From: Cyanobacteria bacterium auto_48_18
GTDB lineage: Bacteria > Cyanobacteriota > Vampirovibrionia > Obscuribacterales > Obscuribacteraceae
DNA length: 64,000 nucleotides
Direction: 5' to 3'
Assembly: GCA_036170915.1 (NCBI GenBank)
Contig: JAVHQC010000011.1
Location: 121,215 to 185,214, forward strand
Positions within the stretch are counted from its first letter, which is position 1. Each line of letters begins with the position of its first letter. This document shows, piece by piece, positions 19,431-27,880 of the stretch. The notes beneath the pieces were generated by a model, which made no database searches, had not been told where the DNA came from, and saw only the letters and a program-made list of their open reading frames with translations. A program made the translations under genes and the position numbers.

Positions 19431-20540
19431 CTAAGCGGGGCCCAGAGTCTGAGATTCATACAATTGTTCGAGTATTTCACGCACTTCATCATTGCTAAGA
19501 TGCGGATGAATAGGCAATGACACGGTGCTTTTACTCAGTTCGGCCGCTAGTGGGCAAGAGAGCGCTTCCTGGTCGTTTAGTTTGTCCACTGGAACGATAC
19601 ATTCCACACAAGCTTCTTTTAGATGCAAAATCACTGCGTGCGCTTGCTGTGTTTGTAATATGGCCGCCTGACGAACCGGCGTAACGTCATCATCAGATGA
19701 TTCTAAAATGGCGTAGCCAGTGTCTTTATAGGCGTCAAAAATATCTTCACGCCTTGCCAAAAGCTTTGGCAACTTTTCCAACTGCACTCGGCCGATCGCC
19801 GCTTGAATATCAGTCAATTGGAAATTGAAATTGAAGTTGAGACCATTGTTGTCATGATCACGGTAAAGGCGGGCTTTGTTGATAAGTTCCAGATCTTTTG
19901 AAACCAGCATGCCACCCTGGCCGCCACAGGTGATTATTTCTCCGGCTGCAAAAGAGTAGACAGCCATGTTTGATGCCAGACCTACATGCGCACCCTTTAC
20001 TTTGGCACCAAGTGCCTGAGTGCAATCTTCAATTATGTGTTTGTCTGCCATTGGTTTTAGCACTAGGGGCATACCAAACATGTGGGCGACAAAGACAATT
20101 TCTGCTTTCGCTTTAGCTGCCGCATCGAGGTCTATGTTGGCGGTGCCGGCTTTGATGTCTACTGTAATGGCTTGTGCTTTGGCTAAAGCAACAGCTTTGC
20201 GCAAGCCGGTTGAATAAGCGGGAATTGCCACAGTTTTACCTTCAGCACCAAGCACCATCAGTGCCAGAAATCGTGCCGCTGTTCCACTTGAAAGTGCCAG
20301 TGCATGCCCTTCCGGCAAACCCAGAAATCGGCAAAAATCATACTCGAACTTACTTACTTCGGCGCCGCTGCCGACAAAACCGCCGTGAATAACTTTGGCT
20401 GCTGCTTGTTCTTCCTGGCGCCCCATTGTCGCTTTGCTGTGGGCAATGACGTATGTAGGTGCCTCAGGGGGCTTAGCCTTGACGACTTTGACACCGCTCT
20501 TGCTGGGTTTAATTTTTTTCTTTTTGCGCAACGGTTTCAT
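19431..20540 (-). CDS. DegT/DnrJ/EryC1/StrS aminotransferase-like protein lacking the PLP lysine
   Basis: SSGTAA, HMFG, IIEDCTQALG, SLPIHP; YSFAAGEIIT where SFxxxK is expected. Confidence 0.85.
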   Translation of the reverse strand: MKPLRKKKKIKPSKSGVKVVKAKPPEAPTYVIAHSKATMGRQEEQAAAKVIHGGFVGSGAEVSKFEYDFCRFLGLPEGHALALSSGTAARFLALMVLGAEGKTVAIPAYSTGLRKAVALAKAQAITVDIKAGTANIDLDAAAKAKAEIVFVAHMFGMPLVLKPMADKHIIEDCTQALGAKVKGAHVGLASNMAVYSFAAGEIITCGGQGGMLVSKDLELINKARLYRDHDNNGLNFNFNFQLTDIQAAIGRVQLEKLPKLLARREDIFDAYKDTGYAILESSDDDVTPVRQAAILQTQQAHAVILHLKEACVECIVPVDKLNDQEALSCPLAAELSKSTVSLPIHPHLSNDEVREILEQLYESQTLGPA

Positions 20541-20634
20541 GCCGTTGACTATAGCGCATTTGCAATTATTAGAGTAATTGATTCGGCGATAGGTCAAGTC
20601 GGGCTATAAGGGTGACTACCACGACTTTTACTGC

Positions 20635-20698
20635 CTAAGAAATTTTACAACCCATAAGTTGTAGTTTCGTACAACCTACAAGTTGTAAAAATTCTTAG
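20635..20698. repeat. 64-bp nested palindrome, copy A
   Basis: CTAAGAAATTTTACAAC-N6-GTTGT-N8-ACAAC-N6-GTTGTAAAAATTCTTAG; second copy at 42472. Confidence 0.9.
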
Positions 20699-20715
20699 CC
20701 TTTTAATTCGCACGC

Positions 20716-20739
20716 TCCTAACTTCCTAACTTCCTAACT
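20716..20739. repeat. 8-bp tandem repeat, 3 copies
   Basis: (TCCTAACT)3. Confidence 0.85.
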
Positions 20740-20764
20740 CAGCGCAGCAAATAGCGAAAATTGC

Positions 20765-21916
20765 TCAGTTAACAGCAGCATGCGCCATAGTCATAATCTC
20801 ATCGAGCCTTTTGCTGTGAGTGGGATCACTCAGTCGCGAATTAGTGAGATAGCTAAACGAAACGCCGCTTAACGGATCCGCAAACGTATAAGATGTGCCC
20901 ACGCCACCATGTCCAAAAGTAACCGGTGAAGCGGTGCTACCGAGGCCTCTTATGGTAGGCGTAGTGCCGCGCACGTGCACCCCTAGGCCCCGGTGCATCG
21001 GGCTACCGAAAAACTGATCAGGGCGGTCGCCGGTATGGTTTCTGGTGGCATAGCGCACCATATCAGGTGACAGCAAGCGCACACCTCTAAAGGTGCCATT
21101 AGCCAGCAACATTTGATAGAAGAGTGCCAGATCACTAGCGGTGGCATAACCACCTGCACCGGGCATGCCTGATGCGTAAAATTCTGCTTTGTCGAAATCA
21201 ATCGAGCGTTGGTGCTCGTCGGCAGCAACACATTCGTAAGCACCAGCCACTCGACTGGTAACTTGCGGAGGAACGCCGACAAAAAAATCTTTCAACTGTA
21301 AGGCTTGAAGAATTTCGCCATTGATAAAAGTTCGAAAATCGCAGCCTGCGATCACTTCTATTAATAGAGCTTGCACCCAGTGTGATGCGTATGAATGATA
21401 TGAAACCTGCGTTCCTGGCTGATCGTCAAGTTTAAAATCACAGATCGATTCTCTTAAAAGAGCCTTATCACTCCAGGCCGCCTCCGGTACATTGGCATTG
21501 GGAAAACCGCTTTGATGCGTGAGTAGATGATAGACAGTGACGTTTTCTTTGCCGTGACGAGCAAACTCAGGTATATAGAATGCCACTGGAGTATGCAAAC
21601 TCAGGCTGCCGCGCTCCGCTAAAATCCAGAGGGCGCAAGAAGTGACAGGCTTTGTCTGCGAATAGAGCAGCCATAGAGTGTCGCTATTGGCTGCTTTAGC
21701 TGCCTGACCGTCTTCTGATAGTCTGGCCTGGCCAAAAGTTGCGGCTGTGACGACCTCACCATGACGGGCCAGGGCTACTGCTGCACCCGGATATAAACTA
21801 GCAGCCACGTCGGCCTCAATGCGAGCATAAAGTCTTTTCACCATCGGGCCGTCGATGGCGAAATCCTTCAGCCTTGATTCATCTATAACAATTTTGCTCT
21901 CGTCTGTTTTTAGCAT
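20765..21916 (-). CDS. Serine hydrolase, class C beta-lactamase/EstB-like
   Basis: SQTK (SxxK), LLTHQSG, FGHGG. Confidence 0.9.
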   Translation of the reverse strand: MLKTDESKIVIDESRLKDFAIDGPMVKRLYARIEADVAASLYPGAAVALARHGEVVTAATFGQARLSEDGQAAKAANSDTLWLLYSQTKPVTSCALWILAERGSLSLHTPVAFYIPEFARHGKENVTVYHLLTHQSGFPNANVPEAAWSDKALLRESICDFKLDDQPGTQVSYHSYASHWVQALLIEVIAGCDFRTFINGEILQALQLKDFFVGVPPQVTSRVAGAYECVAADEHQRSIDFDKAEFYASGMPGAGGYATASDLALFYQMLLANGTFRGVRLLSPDMVRYATRNHTGDRPDQFFGSPMHRGLGVHVRGTTPTIRGLGSTASPVTFGHGGVGTSYTFADPLSGVSFSYLTNSRLSDPTHSKRLDEIMTMAHAAVN

Positions 21917-21948
21917 CGTTTGATTTTATCAGCGTCAAGAAAGACGTG

Positions 21949-21980
21949 TCACGTCTTTTTCACGCCACGGCTGTTAATTT
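21949..21980 (+). promoter_or_regulatory. TCACG direct-repeat box plus -10, copy 1
   Basis: TCACG-TCTTTT-TCACG-N10-TAATTT. Confidence 0.5.
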
Positions 21981-22016
21981 CATCAAGCTTAACGGCATTA
22001 CCAGGATAACAATCAT

Positions 22017-23123
22017 TTGAGCAGACACAGTGCCCCAGAGTCGGTAGAAAGCCGACGCCATCAACCAGATGTTGCAAGCAATGACGCTTTGCAGCCTTAC
22101 CGCCTTGATGGTGGCGTCACTCGTCTTAGTACCGGTTTCAATTTGCCGAGAGATGGCAAAATTGAAATACCTAGTCTTTGGCAGCCAAACAACACCGATT
22201 TTAAGCCGGGCAATGAGAGCCCGCGTCTTTCACCTGATGTAAAACCGGCTAGCAGTGAGCACACAGTTAAGCCAAAAGACTCGCTATGGAAAATAGCCAA
22301 AGACGCGCTGAGTGATGCCGGTGATGGTGCCGCTTCGGCGCCTCAAATAGCACAGAAAGTGCAAGCTATTATTCAAGCCAACAAAGGTGAGTATCCTAGT
22401 CTGGCTCGCTTTCCTAATGAAATTAAGCCTGGTATGAAGTTGCAAATTCCAGGCCAGGAAGCCCCAGGAGAAGAGCGCAGTCAGCGCGTTCGTCCTGAAA
22501 AAGTTGAGCCGGAGAAAACCGCCGGTGAGCGCAGGCGTGATGGTCGTGACAGTCGTGAAGGTCGTAATGGTCGTGATGAGCGTGCTGCTGACGGTGATCT
22601 GTCCACTAAGCGCGGCAAAACTCGCGATGTAAAGCCAGCACAAGATGGTGACGATAAAACTGCGCAGGAAGGCGACGGCGGTCGTTTGGCCAAGGCTTTG
22701 AAAAAATTTGGACAAGATATTGCTGATACAGCCATTGAAGTGGCTCGCAGTCTGGGCACTAAAGGGAACTGTGCCAAAGGGCCACGCCTGACCTTCGGAG
22801 AGTACGGCTTTAAGCTGCCGCCGGCTATTGCTACCCGTCAGGGTCGCATGATTGAGCAGAGCGGCCTCTTTGAGGAAGTGTCACGTGAAGACGCCCGACC
22901 TGGTGATTATGGTGTACGTGATTGGAACAGTCGAGTGGCCAGGCGGCATGGAGTCAATAAAGGTGATTCTTTCATCGTTACTAATGTCAGTGCTAATGGT
23001 TCTTTAAGAGGTGCCAACGATCACACTTTCAACGTTCCTGAAGACGGCGGTCGCTATCGCAACTTGAAGTTCTATCGTCCAACAGTTGAATTTTTCAAAA
23101 AATATGGCCCCGGTAGTTTTTGA
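22017..23123 (+). CDS. LysM protein with a C-terminal CHAP/NlpC-like domain
   Basis: HTVKPKDSLWKIA...IKPGMKLQIP; GNCAKG...RPGD. Confidence 0.7.
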   Translation: MSRHSAPESVESRRHQPDVASNDALQPYRLDGGVTRLSTGFNLPRDGKIEIPSLWQPNNTDFKPGNESPRLSPDVKPASSEHTVKPKDSLWKIAKDALSDAGDGAASAPQIAQKVQAIIQANKGEYPSLARFPNEIKPGMKLQIPGQEAPGEERSQRVRPEKVEPEKTAGERRRDGRDSREGRNGRDERAADGDLSTKRGKTRDVKPAQDGDDKTAQEGDGGRLAKALKKFGQDIADTAIEVARSLGTKGNCAKGPRLTFGEYGFKLPPAIATRQGRMIEQSGLFEEVSREDARPGDYGVRDWNSRVARRHGVNKGDSFIVTNVSANGSLRGANDHTFNVPEDGGRYRNLKFYRPTVEFFKKYGPGSF

Positions 23124-23159
23124 TTTTGTACTAAAATAGCTCGGTTGACCGAGGAATTT

Positions 23160-23891
23160 ATGACAAGTTTTAGAAGATTGCTTACCGTAGTGGTGGCAAG
23201 CATGGCACTGTATGTGGTGTCTGCAGGCGCCACTTATGGCAAAACTTATACGGTGGAAAACTTTAACAACCACGGCCCCATGCTTGAGTCTATGAAAGAT
23301 GGTCGTCAGCTGATTAGCGATATGGGCAAAGGTGCTGAACGCTTAAATGATTACTCGCTAGTGTTTGAAACCATCACTTTTAAAAAAGGCCAGACAATCT
23401 CCGAGAAGGGCAATTTGTATTTTAAAAAGCCAAAGCTCATGCGCCTTGAAGAAATAGGTGATTACAAAAATGGCTCGGTGGCAGTACTGGGCAAAGACGG
23501 CAAAGTGCGCGCTCATGCTGGTGGCATGATCAAATTTGTCACCGTAACGATGGATGCTGGTGATAAAGAGCTTAATGCCGCCAACGGCGATCGCATGGAA
23601 GATTCTGATTTCATTTCGCTCAGCAATGTTCTGCGTGATCGTTTAAAGCAAGGGCAACTTTCCCGGGTAAGCGAATCACCAGTGGTGGCACCTGGTGTCG
23701 GACAGCCAACCTATGTGCTTGAAATTTACAGCGCCAATGATGCCAAAAATGTTTTGAAACGCGTTTTTGTCGACCCCAAAACCAGCTTACCGGTGCGCTG
23801 GGACGATTATGATTACAAAACTCCGTGCTCCAGCACCTGGAAAAACGTCAAGCTCAATGTCGGTTTGAGCGATGATCTTTTTAAGATGTAG
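23160..23891 (+). CDS. Exported LolA-like fold protein
   Basis: Signal peptide; GNLYFKKPKLMRLE; FVDPKTSLPVR; NVGLSDDLF. Confidence 0.7.
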   Translation: MTSFRRLLTVVVASMALYVVSAGATYGKTYTVENFNNHGPMLESMKDGRQLISDMGKGAERLNDYSLVFETITFKKGQTISEKGNLYFKKPKLMRLEEIGDYKNGSVAVLGKDGKVRAHAGGMIKFVTVTMDAGDKELNAANGDRMEDSDFISLSNVLRDRLKQGQLSRVSESPVVAPGVGQPTYVLEIYSANDAKNVLKRVFVDPKTSLPVRWDDYDYKTPCSSTWKNVKLNVGLSDDLFKM

Positions 23892-23920
23892 ATTGCCCAC
23901 ATACATGAGCGGCTGAAGTT

Positions 23921-24142
23921 TTATCTGGTGGCGTCAAGCCAGATCACAAGCGCATCTTTAGCCGCGTTCATAAACCAGGCAGTGTCTGCATCAGTTTCTT
24001 CGGCATGCTCGGCTGCCAACATTTTTTGCTCCCAGGTGCGCATAACAGACTCGGCTGTGACGTCTTCAGCCTTTAGTCCGAGCATCAGGCATGCTCTTCT
24101 AATTTCTGGTGGAATTGGATGGCGATTTTTAACATTACTCAT
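23921..24142 (-). CDS. Small J-domain-like protein lacking HPD
   Basis: ACLMLGL...V..TW...HAE...MNAAKDAL pattern. Confidence 0.55.
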   Translation of the reverse strand: MSNVKNRHPIPPEIRRACLMLGLKAEDVTAESVMRTWEQKMLAAEHAEETDADTAWFMNAAKDALVIWLDATR

Positions 24143-24187
24143 TTCTTTGTCTCCTGCGGCCAAGCGCAATCTAAGTTGTCACTGCTA

Positions 24188-24505
24188 CTAGTTCTTGATC
24201 AGATCGAGCAATGCCTGCTTAGATACGCTGCCAATTAAACGTTCTTTTTCTTTGCCATTTTCAAACAAAATAATGGTGGGAATTGACTGAATTTTGTAGG
24301 TTTTTGAAAGCGTAGGATTTTGATCTACATCAACTTTAAAAACAGCTACATCTGGGTGATCTTCAGCGAATGCCTCAATTACTGGCGCCATTTGATTGCA
24401 TGGGCCGCACCATGGTGCCCAGAAGTCTACTACCGCTAATTTAGACAATTCGAGCACATCTTGTTTGAATGTTTCTTCTGATTGATCTTTTACGAGCTTT
24501 AACAT
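24188..24505 (-). CDS. trxA: Thioredoxin
   Basis: DFWAPWCGPC, SIPT. Confidence 0.96.
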   Translation of the reverse strand: MLKLVKDQSEETFKQDVLELSKLAVVDFWAPWCGPCNQMAPVIEAFAEDHPDVAVFKVDVDQNPTLSKTYKIQSIPTIILFENGKEKERLIGSVSKQALLDLIKN

Positions 24506-24533
24506 GGTTTCCTCTCTTTAATGAATTCTTGAA

Positions 24534-24932
24534 TCAGGCGGCCCAAGATATGCTTTTCAGTCTATTGGCCGTTTTCTTCGCTCTTTGTGCGACATATGGA
24601 TTTTCATCGTTGGCTAATTTTTGAATCAAGTCCATGGGTAGACTGGCATTTTCGGCCAGGCCATAACGCACGTCGGCGTCGCTGTCTGCCACCAGTTCGT
24701 CTAAAAATGGTCTTTGAACAATGGGGTTAAACGAGACTCCCAATCGTACGTCGCTGTGTTCGTCGTTGAGCAGTTTCAATAGAATTTGGATTGGTGTCGA
24801 TGGATTTTCGGCAATGCGTCTTCTGATCAGCGGGTCATTCGAATTGGCCAATTTCTCCACACAGTTCTCAGAAATGCGCGGATCGCCGGCAGCAATATAT
24901 TGATTGTGTAAGGAATAATCTTGGTTAGACAT
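24534..24932 (-). CDS. LRV/HEAT-like repeat protein
   Basis: Repeats of LxxDxxxxVRxxxAxNP. Confidence 0.8.
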   Translation of the reverse strand: MSNQDYSLHNQYIAAGDPRISENCVEKLANSNDPLIRRRIAENPSTPIQILLKLLNDEHSDVRLGVSFNPIVQRPFLDELVADSDADVRYGLAENASLPMDLIQKLANDENPYVAQRAKKTANRLKSISWAA

Positions 24933-25042
24933 TTTAGTTTCTCCTGCAAAGGCGTGCCATCGCCTGCCTGCGCTACACGCATGAGCTGGACGGTTGGCTT
25001 TTATTCTTTTTGATAGTGTTCTTAATCGAACCTTATATGACC

Positions 25043-25071
25043 ATATTAGACCGGTCGTCTACGACTGTCAA
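25043..25071 (-). promoter_or_regulatory. Sigma70 promoter with an embedded TetR-type operator, copy 1
   Basis: Minus strand TTGACA-GTCG-TAGACGACCGGTC-TAATAT (17-nt spacer). Confidence 0.85.
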
Positions 25072-25082
25072 GGCCCTATTGG

Positions 25083-26024
25083 TTAATTCGACTTGCTAGC
25101 CTTTAAGCTAGCGCAGGTGCGGCTTATGTCCTCAGCGAGGTTGTCTCTTGTCGGCTGCCAGCCAAGGCTGCGGCTCTTTACTCCCAATACTCGAGAATTA
25201 GAACCCAGAGCAAAGACCGCGGCGCCATAGCCCAGCTTAGAACTGGCATCTTCAACAGTCCAACGGCCTACAGGGGCATCTATTTTAAGTGCACTGCGAA
25301 TGTTCGCGGCTATGGTTTTAAAAGCGGTTTCACCGTTTTCGGCAAAAAGGAACAAGCCGCCGGTGGGGGCAAGCTCAATCACTTTCAGATAAAGTTCAGT
25401 CAAATCGTCTATATGCACCGTTGACCAGATGTTTTCGCCTCGACCGATGCATTTGGCAATGCCACTTTCAATTGCTTCGGCCACAAGGTTTGGCACTTGT
25501 TGACTTTCACTTTTTATGCCGCTGCCCTTGCCGTAGATCAAGCAGGGGCAAATAACTACCGTGCGCACGCCGGTTTGAGCTGTTTGCAAGATCATTTTAT
25601 CGATGGCAAAGCGACCCTCTTTTAGTGGGTCTGGGCAGAAATAACTGCCTTTGTCGTAAATGCTCTCATCGAATATTTTTTCCGATTTTTCACCATTGGC
25701 GCGATCTGAAACGATGCTGGAGCCACTGGTGTGTATAAAGATTTTGTCTGAGCCTTTCAAAGCGGCAAGAATAGTCTCAACTACTTTCTGATTGTCAGAA
25801 TCGGCGGCATTGATGACCATGTCAGCCTTGTCAGCACATTCTTTCAATAAATCGGTGTCTTCCAGGTCGCCAACGATGGCTTCAACACCCACCACCTTGA
25901 GTTTGTCGACGTTGCTCTCGTGCCTGGTTATACCGCTTACCTGATAACCGGCTTGAGCTAGTCTGGCGGCAACAGAGCCGCCGATATAGCCGGCTGCGCC
26001 GGTAATGAAAACTTTCTTCTTCAT
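25083..26024 (-). CDS. NAD-dependent epimerase/dehydratase (atypical SDR)
   Basis: VFITGAAGYIGG, FIHTSGSS, VHIDDL. Confidence 0.9.
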   Translation of the reverse strand: MKKKVFITGAAGYIGGSVAARLAQAGYQVSGITRHESNVDKLKVVGVEAIVGDLEDTDLLKECADKADMVINAADSDNQKVVETILAALKGSDKIFIHTSGSSIVSDRANGEKSEKIFDESIYDKGSYFCPDPLKEGRFAIDKMILQTAQTGVRTVVICPCLIYGKGSGIKSESQQVPNLVAEAIESGIAKCIGRGENIWSTVHIDDLTELYLKVIELAPTGGLFLFAENGETAFKTIAANIRSALKIDAPVGRWTVEDASSKLGYGAAVFALGSNSRVLGVKSRSLGWQPTRDNLAEDISRTCASLKASKSN

Positions 26025-26047
26025 GATCTGATCAGCTCTCAATTAGT

Positions 26048-26089
26048 TCAGAGGCTGCATTAACGCACCCTGTTAACGCAGCCCTCTGA
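26048..26089. other. Long intergenic stem-loop
   Basis: TCAGAGGCTGCATTAAC-N7-GTTAACGCAGCCCTCTGA. Confidence 0.6.
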
Positions 26090-26105
26090 TTATACGCTAA
26101 TGCCC

Positions 26106-26269
26106 TTAGCGCAACCCTCCTGAAATTACAAGGCTTTCGCCAGTAATCCAGGACGAGTCTGGTGAAGCGAAAAACACCACAGCTGGTGCGATGTCTTGCG
26201 GCTGGCCAATAGGACCAAGCGGCGTGAGGCACCAGCGACGATGGCAACTTTTCCTGCAAGCTCTTTCAC
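26106..26269 (-). pseudogene. Internally deleted classical SDR (FabG-like) remnant
   Basis: GGAG RBS plus MKELAGKVAIVAGASR fused out of frame to TPLGPIGQPQDIAPAVVFFASPDSSWITGESLVISGGLR-stop. Confidence 0.9.
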
Positions 26270-26295
26270 GACTATCTCCGATCTTTTGTCTCTAA

Positions 26296-27747
26296 TTAAG
26301 GTTGTCTGATTGAAACTTTGGCGCCGTTTTGCAAAGTATCGCTTGGATTTATCACAAGCTTTTCGTTGCCGCTAAGGCCGCTTACCACTTCCAGATCTTT
26401 GCCTAAATCATCGCCCAGCTGTACTTTCTGGTATGCAATTTTTTCACCGCTTACAGTAATTACCTGCGGACCTTCCGAACGCATCACAAGAGCGCTCGAA
26501 GGAATCAGATAAATTTTATTGGCCCGAGGCACGGTAAATTTGGCTTCGGCATACATACCTGGTGCCAAAATCATACCAGGGTTAGCAATGTGAATTTCAG
26601 TCTTCAGTGTGCGACTGGTAGCATCAAGTGACACTGCTGTGCGAGCCACTTTACCTGCAAAAGTACGACCCGGAAATTCTCGAATTGATATCGTTACTGG
26701 TTGTCCGACTTTGACAGCAACAGCAGAATATTGAGGCACATCAACAAAAACTTTTAAGGTATCGATGCGCTCTAGTTTAAATAAAGGCACCTTTGCCGTG
26801 TCGCTGCCTGACGATATCAGGCCGCCCTGATCTATATTTCTCTCAGTGATTACACCAGCAAAGGGTGCCACCACATTCTGAAAAGCTTTTTCCGATCCTG
26901 AGCGTCTTGATCTAGCCTGGGCGGCTTGGATATTCGCACTGGCAGCATTGAGTCTGGCCTTTTCCGCAACAATGTGCGCTCTGGCTGCAGCTACTTCAGC
27001 CTGCACTGCTTGTACTTTGTCACGCGCAGCCTGTGTTGCCTCGACGCTGGTGTTGTAGATAGTGGCTTTCTCCTCGGCATCTTGCAAAGACACAGCACCA
27101 TCAGCCGCCAGAGATTTCCAACGGTTGGTAGTATTGAAAGCAAATTGTTCGTCATGTAAACGCTGAGCTACTGTAGTTTTTGCCTGAGCAAGATCTGCCA
27201 GCGCTTTTTGATAATTAGCTTGTGACTGTTCGCTATCGGCTTGAACAGTGGCCTTGTCAGCCATACTTGTAAGCACAAGTGCTTTGGCTTCTTCGGCCGA
27301 GTCATTGACTTCGGGAGTTTCAAGTTGAGCCAAAAGCTGACCGGCAGCCACTTTATCACCGATATCAACATAGCGCTGTTTGACAAAACCATTGGTGCGA
27401 GCATATAGCTGTGTGGCCATGACTGCCTCTAAACCACCAGGCAAATTCAATTCTTTAAATGGCTCTGCTGCCGTGAGGCTTACCGTCGATACCACTGGCA
27501 AACTGGCAATGGCTCTGGCTTGCGACGTGTGAAGCTCCTGGCTCTGGATCATGCGAGGGTAAACACCGATTGGAAGCAAAGCAGCCATGATTAGAGCTGA
27601 GGCTACGATCAAGCGCTTCACGCCCGATTTTTTCTTTTCAGGTATTGGTACATAAATTTCCGAGGCTTCTGTAGCTCTCGCCGCTTCTGAAACTACAGCC
27701 GCCTCATTCGTTTTGGTTGCATTTATTGGCTCAGTTAAGGTGCTCAC
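26296..27747 (-). CDS. RND periplasmic adaptor (membrane fusion protein)
   Basis: TM anchor, lipoyl halves (YVDIGDKV, APFAGVIT), coiled coil, PGMYA. Confidence 0.93.
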   Translation of the reverse strand: MSTLTEPINATKTNEAAVVSEAARATEASEIYVPIPEKKKSGVKRLIVASALIMAALLPIGVYPRMIQSQELHTSQARAIASLPVVSTVSLTAAEPFKELNLPGGLEAVMATQLYARTNGFVKQRYVDIGDKVAAGQLLAQLETPEVNDSAEEAKALVLTSMADKATVQADSEQSQANYQKALADLAQAKTTVAQRLHDEQFAFNTTNRWKSLAADGAVSLQDAEEKATIYNTSVEATQAARDKVQAVQAEVAAARAHIVAEKARLNAASANIQAAQARSRRSGSEKAFQNVVAPFAGVITERNIDQGGLISSGSDTAKVPLFKLERIDTLKVFVDVPQYSAVAVKVGQPVTISIREFPGRTFAGKVARTAVSLDATSRTLKTEIHIANPGMILAPGMYAEAKFTVPRANKIYLIPSSALVMRSEGPQVITVSGEKIAYQKVQLGDDLGKDLEVVSGLSGNEKLVINPSDTLQNGAKVSIRQP

Positions 27748-27801
27748 TTTAAAATTCCTTTTTGGCCGATTTCGCTGCTCGGCTCAAACCATCTGTTACC
27801 A

Positions 27802-27830
27802 ACATTAGACCGGTCGTCTAGTTTTGTCAA
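27802..27830 (-). promoter_or_regulatory. Sigma70 promoter with an embedded TetR-type operator, copy 2
   Basis: TTGACA-AAAC-TAGACGACCGGTC-TAATGT (17-nt spacer). Confidence 0.85.
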
Positions 27831-27880
27831 TGCCTTATTGCTGTTGGTTTCTAACACTTTTAATTAATTCAATTAAACGG

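Noticed and set aside
20635..20698. Integron attC sites for the 64-bp palindromes
   Set aside because: Ends do not fit RYYYAAC/GTTRRRY; only two copies 22 kb apart; no cassette array or integrase
26106..26269. Multi-hairpin ncRNA, and the 75-aa ORF 26032..26259
   Set aside because: Better explained as SDR coding remnants in other frames
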